A DNA stretch of 64,000 nucleotides from Azolla caroliniana (GCA_043228905.1 JBHGNT010000009.1:13268001-13332000); one strand, 5' to 3'. Counted from the first letter of the stretch, positions 35,230 to 48,054 are shown. The notes: a model not told the origin generated them from the letters alone. Translations and numbers: made by a program.

Positions 35230-37790
35230 TTCGGCTCCCAACGCGGGGATAGCACAACCGAGTCCCCACTACTCGCTGGCTCCTCATCCGACTTGTCCTT
35301 CCGACTCAGACTCTCATTCAACCCACTTAGTCGGAATGAGTTCGGAATCTCCTCTAGAGTGCCGAATTCTTCTTTGTCCATAGCCATGTCGGCGTCACTA
35401 ACCTCATCCTCAGAATTCGGAATGGAGTTGTCAGGGTTTGGAGGTGAAGGCAAGTATCACGAAGCTGACTCATCGAAAACGACATCTCGGCTTACTCGGA
35501 CCTCTTCTGTTCAGTGGTTATAACACTTATAACCCTTTTGCTCATCCGAGTAGCCGACGAGAATGCACGTCTCAGCTTTCGTGTCTAGCTTCCTCCGTTT
35601 CTCCTTCAACACATGCACATAGGCAATGTTGCCGAACACCCTGTGTCCCTGATTTGGCTTCTTCCCGAAGTACAACTCATGTGGTGACACTCCTGCATTT
35701 GCAGATGTCCGATTCTGCAGGTAGATGGTTGTTCGGACTGCTTCGGCCCAGTAAAACTTCGGCATATGCTTCTCCTCAAGCATTGCCTATGCCACCTCCT
35801 CTATAGTCTGATTCTTCTGTTCGGCTACACCGTTCTGCTCCAGTGTGTATCAGCAAGAGAATTCTCGTTGAATTCCTTCCTCCTACAAATAACTTGAGAA
35901 TTGGTCAGAAAAGTACTCTTTCCCGCCATCAAACCTTAGGCACTTGATTTTTCTGCCAGTTTCCTGTTCGGCAAGGCTCTTCACCTTCAAGAAGCAAGTG
36001 AAAACTTCGCTCTTCTTCGCGATCAAGCACGCCCAAGTGTGTTGAGTGTAGTCATCGATGAAGGTTACAAATTAACGGCTTCCTTCGATGCTCATGTTTT
36101 GTGCCAGTCCCTAAACATCCGAATGGATTAAATTGAGCCAGTTCCAGCTCTGATTTTGCTTGTTGGGGAATGGAAGTTAGTGCTGCTTCCTTGGTTGGTT
36201 GGCTTCGCAGACTTGGTAGTTTCGACCACTGAATTTTGGCAACCCGAAAACGATATTCTTCATCTGCATTTCTTGAAACCGTGGGAAGTTGACATGGCCA
36301 AACCACTTGTGCCATAGGTCGACATCTGACTCAAAATTTTTCCCTTTCACGAACGTTCCGACTTCATTGGTGTCGAGGATGAACATCCTCTCGTCCCTGC
36401 CATAATTTGGCCCTCTTCCTTGATGAAGCACCCAAGATGTGTGAATTGAACTTGCAACCCCGGGTCGATGATCTTCCTGACCGACACCGGATTCTTTGTT
36501 ATGGTCGGGACGTGCAACACATTCATGAGTTTTCCCTTCTGTCTGACATTATTTAAGGGAACTTCAGCGACATGTTCAATCGAGTATCGTCTCCGGTTTC
36601 AACCACTCCTAGTTGCTCCAGTTTCTCTGGATATGAGAACCATTCTTCATGACTCATCATATGGTTTGATGCTCCAGAGTCAACGTACCACACCTCATCC
36701 GATTGTGAGGTGGTTTTCTTCATTGAGTTCGCCTTGTGCTTCATCACAAAGGCTGACCCTTTTCCGGTATTTCCGGTTCCAAATCCTTCCGATCCTTCGG
36801 CATAGTGTGAGCTTTGTCGGATCCAGATTTGTCTGAATCGACGCGCTTCTTCCAGCACTCGCTCTCCTTGTGGCCTTTCTTGCCATAGTACCAGCATTCT
36901 GTGTCGGCCTTTGCTTGCCGATTTCCGGCACTGCCTTGACTCCCCTTGTTTCCGGAGGGTTCGGAATTGTTGTCAGCATTTTGATTATGCCTTCGGTTTT
37001 GTTTTAGGTTTGTCCATGCTTCCTTTGGTGTCTTTGCATCCCCGATGTGGTTGAGTAGCTGATCACCGACACTAGACATGAAGCAGTACATTACTTTGCT
37101 TGCCGCTTGTTCCCAAGCCAGGAAGTCCATGTGTGTCACATCCGGTGTTGCATCATTAGCTCCGTTGAGATAACTCTAGTATCCATGTCCGAGCAGGTAT
37201 TGGTGCAACTTGTACGACCAAGATGCGTAGTTGCTTCTGTCATGATTCTCCGTCGGAAGCGAGCTAGCCATTTCTCTTCTTGTCTGTTCTTACGGGGTGT
37301 TAGGTCTTGGTTTGTGTCAAAAGCTCTTGTTAGCAGCAAAGGATGTTCTAACCCTCGCGCTCTGGTACCATGTAAAAGTTATGGGCGAAAGTGTAGACAC
37401 AACCAGCTCAGCCGGATAGCAATAGAGAGACAGAGATGAAGGTTTAATGGAAGCTCGAGAATACACAGTACGCAGGAGAGACAGAGAGAGCAGAACATAA
37501 AACTCTATTAAAAAATAATGAGCACTTTGTCCATACAATGTGGTCAGTGAGCACTTTTATACAAGTCCTTAAAGGACTGATTGAAGTATTGACATGTACT
37601 TCAATGCTTGTACTGAGCGACTGACACTAACTCCTAAAAATATGCTTACGTACTAGGCTAGGATTGTAGGCCTCTAATGGCCTACCGGTTACCCCAATCC
37701 GGATTACGATCCGGCTCTTCATTCTAGAAACCGATCTGGCTCTTGGCTTATTCAGTCGATCTGGATCATGTTGACCTTGTCTGCCCAACA
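35230..37790 (-). mobile_element. Copia element J (E-related), 5' half only
   Basis: 5' LTR 37371-37790; PBS TGGTACCAGAGC at 37370-37359; gag (CWYYGKKGHKESEC), WYVDSGASNHM, integrase (FYWAEAVRT); ends in the INT-RT linker at the H LTR. Confidence 0.88.
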
Positions 37791-39255
37791 CTACTATATC
37801 GACACGGCATAGCTGAACAATTGTTCGGCTACACAAATGTCGATTGGGTCGAAGACACTACGGATCTCCGGTTGACATCAAGGTTCATGTTCTCTCTTAG
37901 GAGCGCAGCGATAGCGTACAGTAGCAAGAAGCAATCGACAATGGCCCCGTCGAGCACCGAGGTTGAGTATCGAGGAGCCACCATTGCTACATGCAAGGCC
38001 ACATGGCTCAAGAGGCTATTGCAGGATCTCCCAATGGACGTTGCCGATTTGAACCCGATCTACTATGACAACATCAATAGCATGCAGCTAACAAAGAACC
38101 TCATCTTCCATGCTCGCACGAAGCACATAGCAATGCATTATCACTTCGTGCACGAACAAGTCCTGAGTGGTGAAGTCGAACTGCGCTACACTCGAACTAA
38201 TCAGCAAGTTGCCGACATTCTTACCAAGGCACTCAAATTGGACAAGTTGCAACACTTCTCAGAGATGCTTGGGTTACAACATCTCGACATGCCACACTTG
38301 AGGGGGAGAATAGTTGGGAGATCAGGAAAAAACAAACGTGAAGAACCGGAGCAAGAGCCAGATGAAGGTAAGAGGAGTGTCAAAGGTGAAGATGAATCAG
38401 AGATAGCCAACTCGAGTAATGGAGACGATTCGGATGAGTCAAACCATGTAGACGCCAAATGGACAAGAAGGCAGCCAAAAACAACATCGATGGGTCGGAG
38501 AGCGCCAAAGTCGCAGAGGCAAGGAGAAGGCCCACGAGGGCCTTAGGAGCAGACAAGTCGACCGAGCAGGTTGAGTAGTGCAAAACCGAACAGGGAGAAG
38601 GCCCACGAGGGCCTTAGGAGCAGACAAGTCGACCGAGCAGGTTGAGTAGTGCAAAACCGAACAGGTCGCGGAGCGCAGGCAAGAAGGCAAGCATCCAGGA
38701 GATGTGGGAGCGGTAGACCAATTGGAGTTGACGAGGAACCTCAAGTTGAGCTTGAGGGGGAGTGTTGAGAGACAAGGTCAACATGGGTCGGATCGGATGA
38801 AGAAGCCGAGAGCCGGATCAGATGAAAAGTGATCGGCTAGGCTGAATCAGCTTGAGAAGCCGGTACGATGTTAGGGCCGATATTTCTATTCATAGTAATA
38901 GGAATATTTTAGGAGTTTGTGTCATAGGCTCTTTATGAGCGTTCAAGTACATGTCAGTACTTGTGTCAGTCCATTGTTAAGGCTTGTATGAAGATTGCCC
39001 TCTAAGCACAGTTCTGTTGAGAATCAATTCGTAAAACCACAAGATCAAACGATGTTGAAAATACACTACCCAGGCACACAACGACACAGTACACAGAGAT
39101 TTATGTGGAAACCCCAAAAAAATGGGAGAAAACCACGAGAGAGCAGAAACCTCACTATACATTGGATGTACAAGGTAGAGATTACAACACTCTGATTATG
39201 AGTGTATCACCCACACAGGGTTCTTGGCGTCTCCTGTTACACACACAGCTATGGC

Positions 39256-39298
<43 letters not shown>

Positions 39299-39789
39299 TC
39301 GTGTCTCTCTTACACACACTTCTATTGTCGTCACTTCTATATTTTGCCCTAGATGTATATATATATATATATATATATTGATACATCGTGTGGGCTATTT
39401 ACCATTGTAGCCACTACTACATATTATTACTATAATAATATTAATAATCTGTTTAAAGAATCAACTCTTTGTTGTCAACTCTTCCGAACAGTCGGCTATT
39501 TCCGAACAGTCGGTTCCTTCGACTCTTCGACTGTCGACTACTTCCCCTTCACTCCTATGGGAGGGAGTTAGTCAATCTTGTCTTCTGTCGACAGACTCTA
39601 AGTCTGTCCATAGGTAGGTTCTTCATGAGCATGTCGAATCCATTGTTATCCGTGTGGATCTTCACACGTGTAAACTCTCCTTCGACTTTCCCGCAACCAG
39701 TGATACCTTCTCTGTATGTGCTTGGTCCGGGAGTGATATGCAGCATTCTTGGCAAGATGTATGGCACTCTCGATGTCACAGTGAAGCAT

Positions 39790-39887
<98 letters not shown>

Positions 39888-40321
39888 CACGTCTCTCTTA
39901 CGCACACTTCTATTGTCATCATTTCTATATTTTGCCCTAGATGTATATATATATATATATTGATACATCGTGTGGGCTATTTACAATTGTAGCCACTGCT
40001 ACATATCAGTACTATAATTATTACTATAATAATATTAATAATCTGTTTAAAGAATCAACTCTTTGTTGTCGACTCTTCCGAACAGTCGGTTCCTTCGACT
40101 ATTTGACTATCGGCTACTTCCGAACAATCGGGTCCTCCCACTGGAGGGACATATCCCCAACAAGTTCATGTATAGAGTATTGTTTTCGAATTAAGTTTTT
40201 GATCTCACTCTATCTCTCCCGCTCTCGCATATTGTGAATCCATCTCTGTGTTTTCTTACTGTTTTTTTCCTGTTGTCCGGTTGAGCCACCTGTATTCGGT
40301 GTATATCCTTAAGCTTCCACA
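37791..40321 (+). mobile_element. Copia element K (E/J-related), 3' end only; its 3' LTR (38763-40321) is interrupted by element L
   Basis: RNase H (FHARTKHIAMHYHF) in ORF 37743..38546; PPT GAGGGGGAG 38754-38762; LTR TGTTGAGAGACAAGGTCAACA similar to the J LTR; 71-bp tandem duplication 38523-38664. Confidence 0.85.
39015..40162 (-). mobile_element. 1.15-kb deleted Copia derivative L (F/H/I-related) inserted in the K LTR
   Basis: TSD AGTTC at 39010-39014 and 40163-40167; TG..CA ends; partial LTR copies 39790-40162 and 39015-39540 flank an RNase H tail (FTRVKIHTDNNGFDMLMKNLP) and PPT GAAGGGGAAG. Confidence 0.88.
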
Positions 40322-41169
40322 TCAATTAGTTTACAAGACTCTACCTTAGTGACAGGGATGACGGTACACAAAGAAGACGGCAACGCCCGAGAAGGTGACC
40401 AGAGTGTTCAGTCACGCAGACAACAAGCTCTCAGGCTTGCAACGACGTGTGTGGGTTGAGGCTTGACCTATCTGGGTGGCTAGCACGCGAGATAGCCACA
40501 CAACGAACAAAGGTCTCTGTTAGACATAGCGACACCAACCCCCTTCCTTCCGATGGTTCCAGGGGAAAACAAACCGAGCGTTCAACCTCGCAGACGGCGA
40601 GCTCACGGGCTCACAACGGCGAGTGCAGGCTAAATCTTAACCTAGGCCAAACCTCCGGATGGTGAGCACACAAACTCGCTACGGCGAATAGAGGCTTGGG
40701 ACTAATGCTCTGTAGCCCTCCTGTGATGGAAGGCGCGTATGAGCATGAAGAAAAAAAAACAAGCGGGAGACAGACAGAAAGCAATCTATTGAAACAACTG
40801 ACCCCAAAACGATGAAAGAGCTCAATAAACATTGACCCTCCCCTTTTATAGCCTTCATGGGGAAAGGGAAGCATCATTACAACGTGATGGTCATGAAATT
40901 CTCCTCTTGTTAGAGAAGGACCTCTGCCACGATTCTTTCCTTGCTTTCCTCGCCCATCTCTCACTTTCACCTCCTAAATGCAAACCTAAGGACATACAAC
41001 CATTTTCTTTTCGGTGCACCTATTCACACTTTACATTTGACTACTCCTTTTTATACCATATTTACTTTTCCTAATAAGCACATGCACAAATATTCCTTCA
41101 TGTGCACATATTTGCACATGTCCAATTTACTCCCTTTTCGTAGATTTTCTCGCCGTTGCCAGAAATCTT

Positions 41170-41803
41170 CACGACAACGTTGAATTTGCCAGGTAGGCTG
41201 ACGGTAGGTTCAAGGATATATGGATGGGAAGGGGAAGTGGCTGGGCTAAGTGCCAAGAGGAGGTGAGGTTCGTGGGGTGCTGGGTTTATGGATGTGCTTG
41301 GTTGTAGCTCTTGTAATGATCCATGAAGGATTTTATTTTCTAGTTGAAGTTGTTGTAAGGTTATGATTACATGGTTTAGGTTGTCAACGGAGTCGGACAT
41401 GGTAGCAAGAATAGAAGGTGAACAAACTGTCACGAACGAGTAGAAGAGAGCAAACCAAGACAAGAGACTAAATACTAAAAGAGAGAAGAGGCAACAGAAA
41501 GATAAGTTAAACAGGAACTCAACTTATGCTTCTGTAACTTGTGTTGTTCACCTTGATTGGAATCAAGGTGCACCCAAGTATTTATACAAGAAGGTGGAGG
41601 TATGTATGCAAGCTCGGAAATTTTCTAGAGAATGCATGAGGATGCATTCGCTAAAAGTTTCTAGAAAGTTCTAGTGTTCAACATACAATGCATCAAGTTG
41701 AATTTTATACAAGGATGTCCCACATATGGTGTTCCATATACAAATTCCTAGTATAAATGTATCTTTAATGATACACCTTAATAGTCGTGTCAATGTTGTG
41801 ACA
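41170..41803 (-). mobile_element. Truncated chromovirus-like element C: 376-bp LTR (41428-41803) plus gag N-terminus
   Basis: TGTCAC...GTGACA termini, TATAAATA at 41586-41579; gag start MSDSVDNLNHVIITLQQLQLEN...EPTVSLPGKF resembles EPKISLPAKF of B and EPKIGLPMKF of A. Confidence 0.8.
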
Positions 41804-44800
41804 TGTGGAAGTTGAGGGGGAAACAACCAGTATGGGGGTTGGTCGTTCCACCTTAGGTTGTTTTTTCCTTCCGTCACCATTGGCGTGCTCCTCCATTTCT
41901 ACCAAAAACGTAAACGGGTCGTGATCACGTCTTCGGAGTGGTCGCAAACCTCATACAGTTGCCCTCGTAGGTAGTTGATAATCGTGAACCATATATCCGT
42001 GATCAGACTTATTTCAAGTTATCTCCTTGTTGAGAAGTGATTTTAAGCACCTCTATTAGAGAAAATGTGTACAAGGTTATCAAAAGACCCTTGGAGAGTA
42101 TTTAAATTAAAAAACTAGGGTGGAAACATATAGCTTCAATGAAGCGCATTGCTTTATCATGTGGGGTGAATAATTCCATAGGGCAAGTGTCTATTGCATT
42201 TAGATAATTGTTAATCCAGGTTATGTTCATAAAAGCCTATAGCTTGTTATTCCTTCTTTGTGGTTGAATGTTGAACAAGAGAGATAAGTTTTCTTAAATG
42301 ATTATGTTGTGCTTAACAATTAACTAAGTTTAAGTGAGTTGGCAACCAAGGGTTTTTTAGGATGTAAGGGTGAGAGTGAATTGAGAGTTTTCTATTGTAT
42401 TCAAGTTTTCAACTTATAATCTTTATCGTGACTCGTGAGTAATCTCCTTTTTGTAGACCTTAGCAATTTTCCGTACGAGGTAAATTTCTTGTGGCCCCAC
42501 TTTCATTTTGTTTTGTTTTGCTTTTATATTCATATCATCTTGTCATCAATATTGTAAATACTACTTCTATAAAAGAAAATAACTCTAGTCGAACAACATA
42601 TAGTGCCAAATGGTTATGATCACAATTGTATAATAGTGAAAAAAAAAGTCACAAGGTGACATATTGGCTCCTATTTGATCATTATACACAATTGCATAAT
42701 CTACACAAAATATGATCACAATGAGCATAAGTTAGAAAATGAATGAACAAAATCTCAACCTATTCTACAACCAATACATATTTATCATTAATTTATACTA
42801 ACATGAAAGTCCTTCGATATGCATACTATATGTCAAACTACTTTTCCATCTTTATAATACTTTAGATTGTATAAACTTCCATATTTAGCTAGAACCAACT
42901 ATAAACAAGCATGCATATTATAGATAGTAAAACTTCTATAATGCAAGATTTGAGGATTAAAACATAAGACATGCATAGAACAACCAAAAACTTGAAAACG
43001 GCTATGAGCATTTGTACCTTCAAAGTATATTTTCGAAGTCTATTTTGCAAGAAAAGCAATGTAATCTCCCTCAACATGAGTTTAGTTGTGGGCCCATTTT
43101 GGAAAAATGTTTTTTATGTTTTGTTCCTTTTACTTATATTTATATCTAAGGAAAAGGTATTATTAATATCCATGTGAATTTTATTATAGAAATATTTTTA
43201 AGAAACAAAATTACAAAAAACATCTAGAACGTTTGGTAGCATCCACTCTTATGGGAAAATATGTATGAGTTTGTTTTTGTCGGTATGAATATCACTTAGG
43301 ACCTATTCATGTTTCTAATCGTTCCAATACATATGTATTAACAACATTTTGGGCTCATTTCTAATGGCAAAATCCTTCAATTTTACACAGATAAAATTTA
43401 TTATTCACGAGACATACTTTTGAAATGATTATATGTCCTAAGTTCTAATCATGCAACACTTCTTTTTATTACGATGTAAGTATCATTTATGAAGTATTGG
43501 ACCAAAAATAATACCTTTCATTTATTGGGGATTTGGACTTCATGATGGAGTTCTAAACCATAGAAATGTTGTAAACATAATACATACATATGCTGCTATG
43601 CATAGGTCTTAGTCATTGACAAAAAAGAGACGAAGAAGTTTTGAGGGGGGCAAACAAAAACAAAAACAAATTGTCTTTTTAGTCTATGTCCTTTTTATTT
43701 CTTATTGGATATCCATAACGAGATCAAACATATATTTACATGATTTATATGAATGTATGCGTAAGCAAGACAAAATCTTATTTGCAATAGAAAAAGGGAA
43801 CATATCAAACTATCTTTGTGTTTTGTCGAACAATCTTGAATCTTGAGTATAATGTTATACAACCCAAAGTATAAGTGTGTGAATGTCGGGATTTTAGTTG
43901 CATAATAGACAAGTAGAGAATTTGTTCTTCATTCATTTTATTAACTACAAATGTTGTTGATGGTTTTATGTGAGTTACACAATGTCAATGTTCATTGAAA
44001 TTTTGTTTTTGTTGGCTCTCCAGTTTTAACTGCTTTGTTTGGTAACTAGTCTACTCTCATTTTCCATAGAAGTGATTATGGTATCTAGCTCCAACTATAC
44101 CCTCTTTAGTAATCTTCACTCGAATTATTGTCTTACTTAAAAAGTTAAGCTAATCAATTGTACGACTCATATCATGGATTTTATAGGTGTCATGAGTTGT
44201 TTGGTTGTATCTCATTAACATTGTTGTGGTTTAATGGTAATATCTCAATTTGGCCACATCTTCAACTACATGTATCACCACTTTGAGTGAGTCGGTTGTG
44301 CATGAAGAAATTTTATTGTATTTGGGATAAAAGTATCTTTTAGGTGGCTAGTTACCAACTATTTGCAATTTGCTTAAGATTATTCTTTCGTTCTTGAAAG
44401 TTCTACATCATTTCTTTTACCATTTGTTTGGTCTTCTTCATGCATCTATGTATCCAAAGGTTGAAACGTCACACGAGTTATCCCTCTCTATGGATACCAA
44501 TAATACTTTGCCTATTAATGGCTTTTTCTACGGATTACTGATAATGTATCTGCATTCTCCGTGTATAAAAATTAAGTTGAAACTATTCTTATTTTTCACC
44601 CTTGTAAATGCCTAGTAAGTTACTTCCAATGAAACTTGAAAAGGTGGTAAGAATATGTGTCTTTGTTGTGCACTTATGAAGTCAAAATAGTATTCATGGG
44701 TGAAACTTTGATGGTGGCTTTTATTTGCCTCACTGGCATCCACCTTACATATGCTCTTAGTGCTAGAACTGTTTACCATAATATGATTTGTTTTAGCATC

Positions 44801-46085
44801 AAGTTATATTCACATTAATCTTATTCATATGTTGGAATGTTTGACATGGTGGCATGTGGACCAATTAAGGCATCCTTATTATACGCATCCCACATACTCT
44901 TAACAAACAATTTAATTTGAGTAAACAGTGTAGACAAGCAAGCAATTCCATTTGTTTAGTTGGTAAAACATATCATTGTTCCTACAAAGTTGTTTTTTCA
45001 GAGGATCAAACGCAAAATTGATTAACCCAATGACTCCAACATATATTCAACATACTATCAAAGCTTGATTCTTTGGCATAGATGTCCATGGCCTACTATG
45101 TTGCAATCTTTCTTTATAAAATTTGTAGGTATCAAATGATTACTTACCATTGGATATTATTTAGATTGCATGTTCACTTAAACTCCTAACCTTTTTTGCT
45201 ACTTTTGCTTAGGCGACATTGATATTGAATATAAATTAATGAAACAAACTAGTGTTTGCATTCATCATGATGTTAGTACATGAACATAATCAATTGTTTC
45301 ACCCCAATTAACAGTGTCAATTTGATTCCTCTTCATGCTACTTTGTGTCATTTGTCCTCGTTAACAATGTAGTGATAAACTACAATAACGTTGTGGAATT
45401 TCCGATGTATGTACACTACAAGAAAACATACTTCATTCATAAAAAACTAGTGGTCCTTTCATGAATCTTGTTCTTATTGTAACTTGCACCTAATTTTGTT
45501 GATCATGATGTGCGCTTGTCTCACCACATTCAGAAGTCATATTTCGTAAATTATAATATCATGATGAATTAGTTAGTCAAATTAATATATAAAACTATTT
45601 TCGTCTCCATTATCTTATCTTTCATAGTCTATATGAGCCAAGTTTAATGCATTTTGTTAAGGAAACAAACATGAGTAACGTAAATTAATAAAAAAACCAC
45701 AAAAGGAAAACATCCTTCAAATTAGGCATGATTCCTTGTAATGAAGACATTAGGTGAAGAAGTTGACCATTCAAGAGCATTTCTTCAACATGTCTCACCT
45801 AATATTCCATCATCAATCTAAATATAACATCTTGAATCTTCATGTTGATCATGACCAAATGAATAGATATTTTAAAATAAAAATACTACTGAGAAAAGTA
45901 GGCATGCAAGATCACTAGTCGTTCTTCGACTCTCTCAATGAACACATAGATATATTTTTTTTATTATACACAAGAAATCGACTAGAATATATAGGATGAG
46001 CAAAAAATAACCGAAATTACACCCAAGAACCTTTAATCACAAATGCAACTTACCTAAGTTATAATTTAACATTAAAATTTAAGCC

Positions 46086-46776
46086 TTGTCTTGGCTTGGT
46101 ATTCCATTTGTTATTAACACATGCAAGCGTAATGTGCTTTCACAACTCTACCTCAACACATTGTTGATAATAGTAGTCATTCTTAAATTCCGTCTCATTT
46201 GTTGTTGTTTTTTTTTCTACTATGGTTATTCCCTTGTAGTACACCATAGTCTTTAATAACGTCCTCACACGCTTCACTAATTTACTAGTTAGCATTAGGG
46301 AATGTAGGGTTGAATGCATGACCTAACGGGTCTCTATTGTACAACCTTACAAACTACCCCCTCCTTCTCTGTCCCGTAGGAATCAAATTCATAAACTTGA
46401 GAGAACCCAAATTTGAATCATGTTGTGCATTGTCTTGGCTTGGTATTCCATTTGTTATTAACACATGCTAGCGTAATGTGCTTTCACAACTCTACGTCAA
46501 CACATTGTTGATAATAGTAGTCATTCTTAAATACCGTCTCATTTGTTGTTGTTTTTTTTCCTACTATGGTTATTCCCTTGTAGTACACCATAGTCTTTAA
46601 TAACGTCCTCACACGCTTCACTAATTTACTAGTTAGCATTAGGGAATGTAGGGTTGAATGCATGACCTAACGGGTCTCTATTGTACAACCTTACAAACTA
46701 CCCCCTCCTTCTCTGTCCCGTAGGAATCAAATTCATAAACTTAAGAGAACCCAAATTTGAATCATGTTGTGCATTG
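46086..46776. repeat. 344-bp two-copy tandem duplication in AT-rich intergenic DNA
   Basis: 46086-46429 is repeated at 46430-46773 with a handful of differences; TTG microhomology at the junction. Confidence 0.95.
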
Positions 46777-47509
46777 ATAAAAGGTTTGTAAGTGTTCGCA
46801 TACAATGAATTCTCAAGATGTTTGGCAAAATGCACAATAAGAATGGAAGAAGACAACTCATTATCACATGCATGGATGTAAGGTTGATCATACAAAAGAT
46901 GGAAGTAATCAACCAATTGATGGATTAAACATATGTTCCAAACTGTGAGGAAATGATGGGTTTACACAAAGTGATTAAATAAAAAATGGATCTAAATATG
47001 TAATTTACACACATATAATTATTTAAAGCATGGATACAAGGGATATCAACATAGATATTGATTTATTGATTCACTACCAACATTTATTTTAATCATCCCT
47101 CATTTTGCTAGCCAACAAATTTCTAAACCGTGTGTTCTATTGTGGTAGAATACTTTCATCTATGTTGACAAAATTATTATAATGTGATCATCCACTAGCC
47201 ACATGAACACAAATTCAACACTACATCTATCAAAAGATTGTTACAAGATACCTTAACTCTCCTAATTGTGTAGAGTGCCCACATGCAGTAGAATCAATAC
47301 GACACGCTTTGTGGGACTGCCCAATGTCCCATCGAATATGGCGGGGGGTTGGCCGCTTGTTGCAATTATGCCAGGTGCAAGGCTCAATCAAGTGGGGAAA
47401 TATATGTTGGCTATCATGGCAAACCGCAATTGGCAGATACGAGCATCAGGAGGAGGGGGTGACTTTGGTGATAAAAGCACAACAGGTCTTTTTCTCCTCC
47501 GGCGGCAAT

Positions 47510-47967
47510 TGTCATGATAATACTCACATCATGCATCAAAAGGATCATGACACTCACATTATGACTCGAAAGGATTTGAACCCACGACCTTGTTGTACAC
47601 ATGTCAAATCCTTAACCATTGTATTAATATTCTTATATGTATAGTCTCTAGAATATGAAATCTAATATCATAGGAATATTCTATATTACTCTACATTCTA
47701 GAATGACCTAGAATATTCTAGAGTGTTCTATACCACTAGAACCTTCTAGAATACTCTAGAGATCTTCTAGATTACTCTACAATCTAGGATAACCTAGAAT
47801 ATTCTAGAGTGTTCTCTATTACTTATAAATAAGGATCTACCACCCATCCCAAACCTAAATTGGTTCAACGCCATTTTGTAGCCTACTCTTTGTAATCCAT
47901 TTTACGCTTCAATATAATAATTCTCTTTCTATCTCTTTTTCTCTCTTTCTCTCTCTCAGTCTTGACA
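47510..47967 (+). repeat. 5' LTR of chromovirus B
   Basis: TGTCA...TGACA termini; TATAAATA 47824-47831; near-identical to 52192-52649. Confidence 0.97.
47696..47815 (+). promoter_or_regulatory. Heat-shock-element array in U3 of the B LTR
   Basis: Perfect aGAAccTTCtaGAAt at 47738-47752 and two copies of aGAAtaTTCtaGAg directly upstream of the TATA box; matches the nGAAnnTTCnnGAAn HSF consensus. Confidence 0.65.
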
Positions 47968-48054
47968 GTTTGAACCAATTTTTTCCTTTCATCTCTTTGT
48001 CTTCCACAAATTCTAACAAGTTCTCTTCTTCCTTCTCCTCTCCTCTCGTAAGCT

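Noticed and set aside
40322-41170. LTR-like segment resembling 4400-5000 (minus-strand TATA in CCTTTTATAGC context)
   Set aside because: Could not define termini, TSD or a partner copy, so not listed as a feature.
41804-46085. Short ORFs in the AT-rich block
   Set aside because: No motifs or coherent exon chain; consistent with non-coding or fully decayed repeat DNA.
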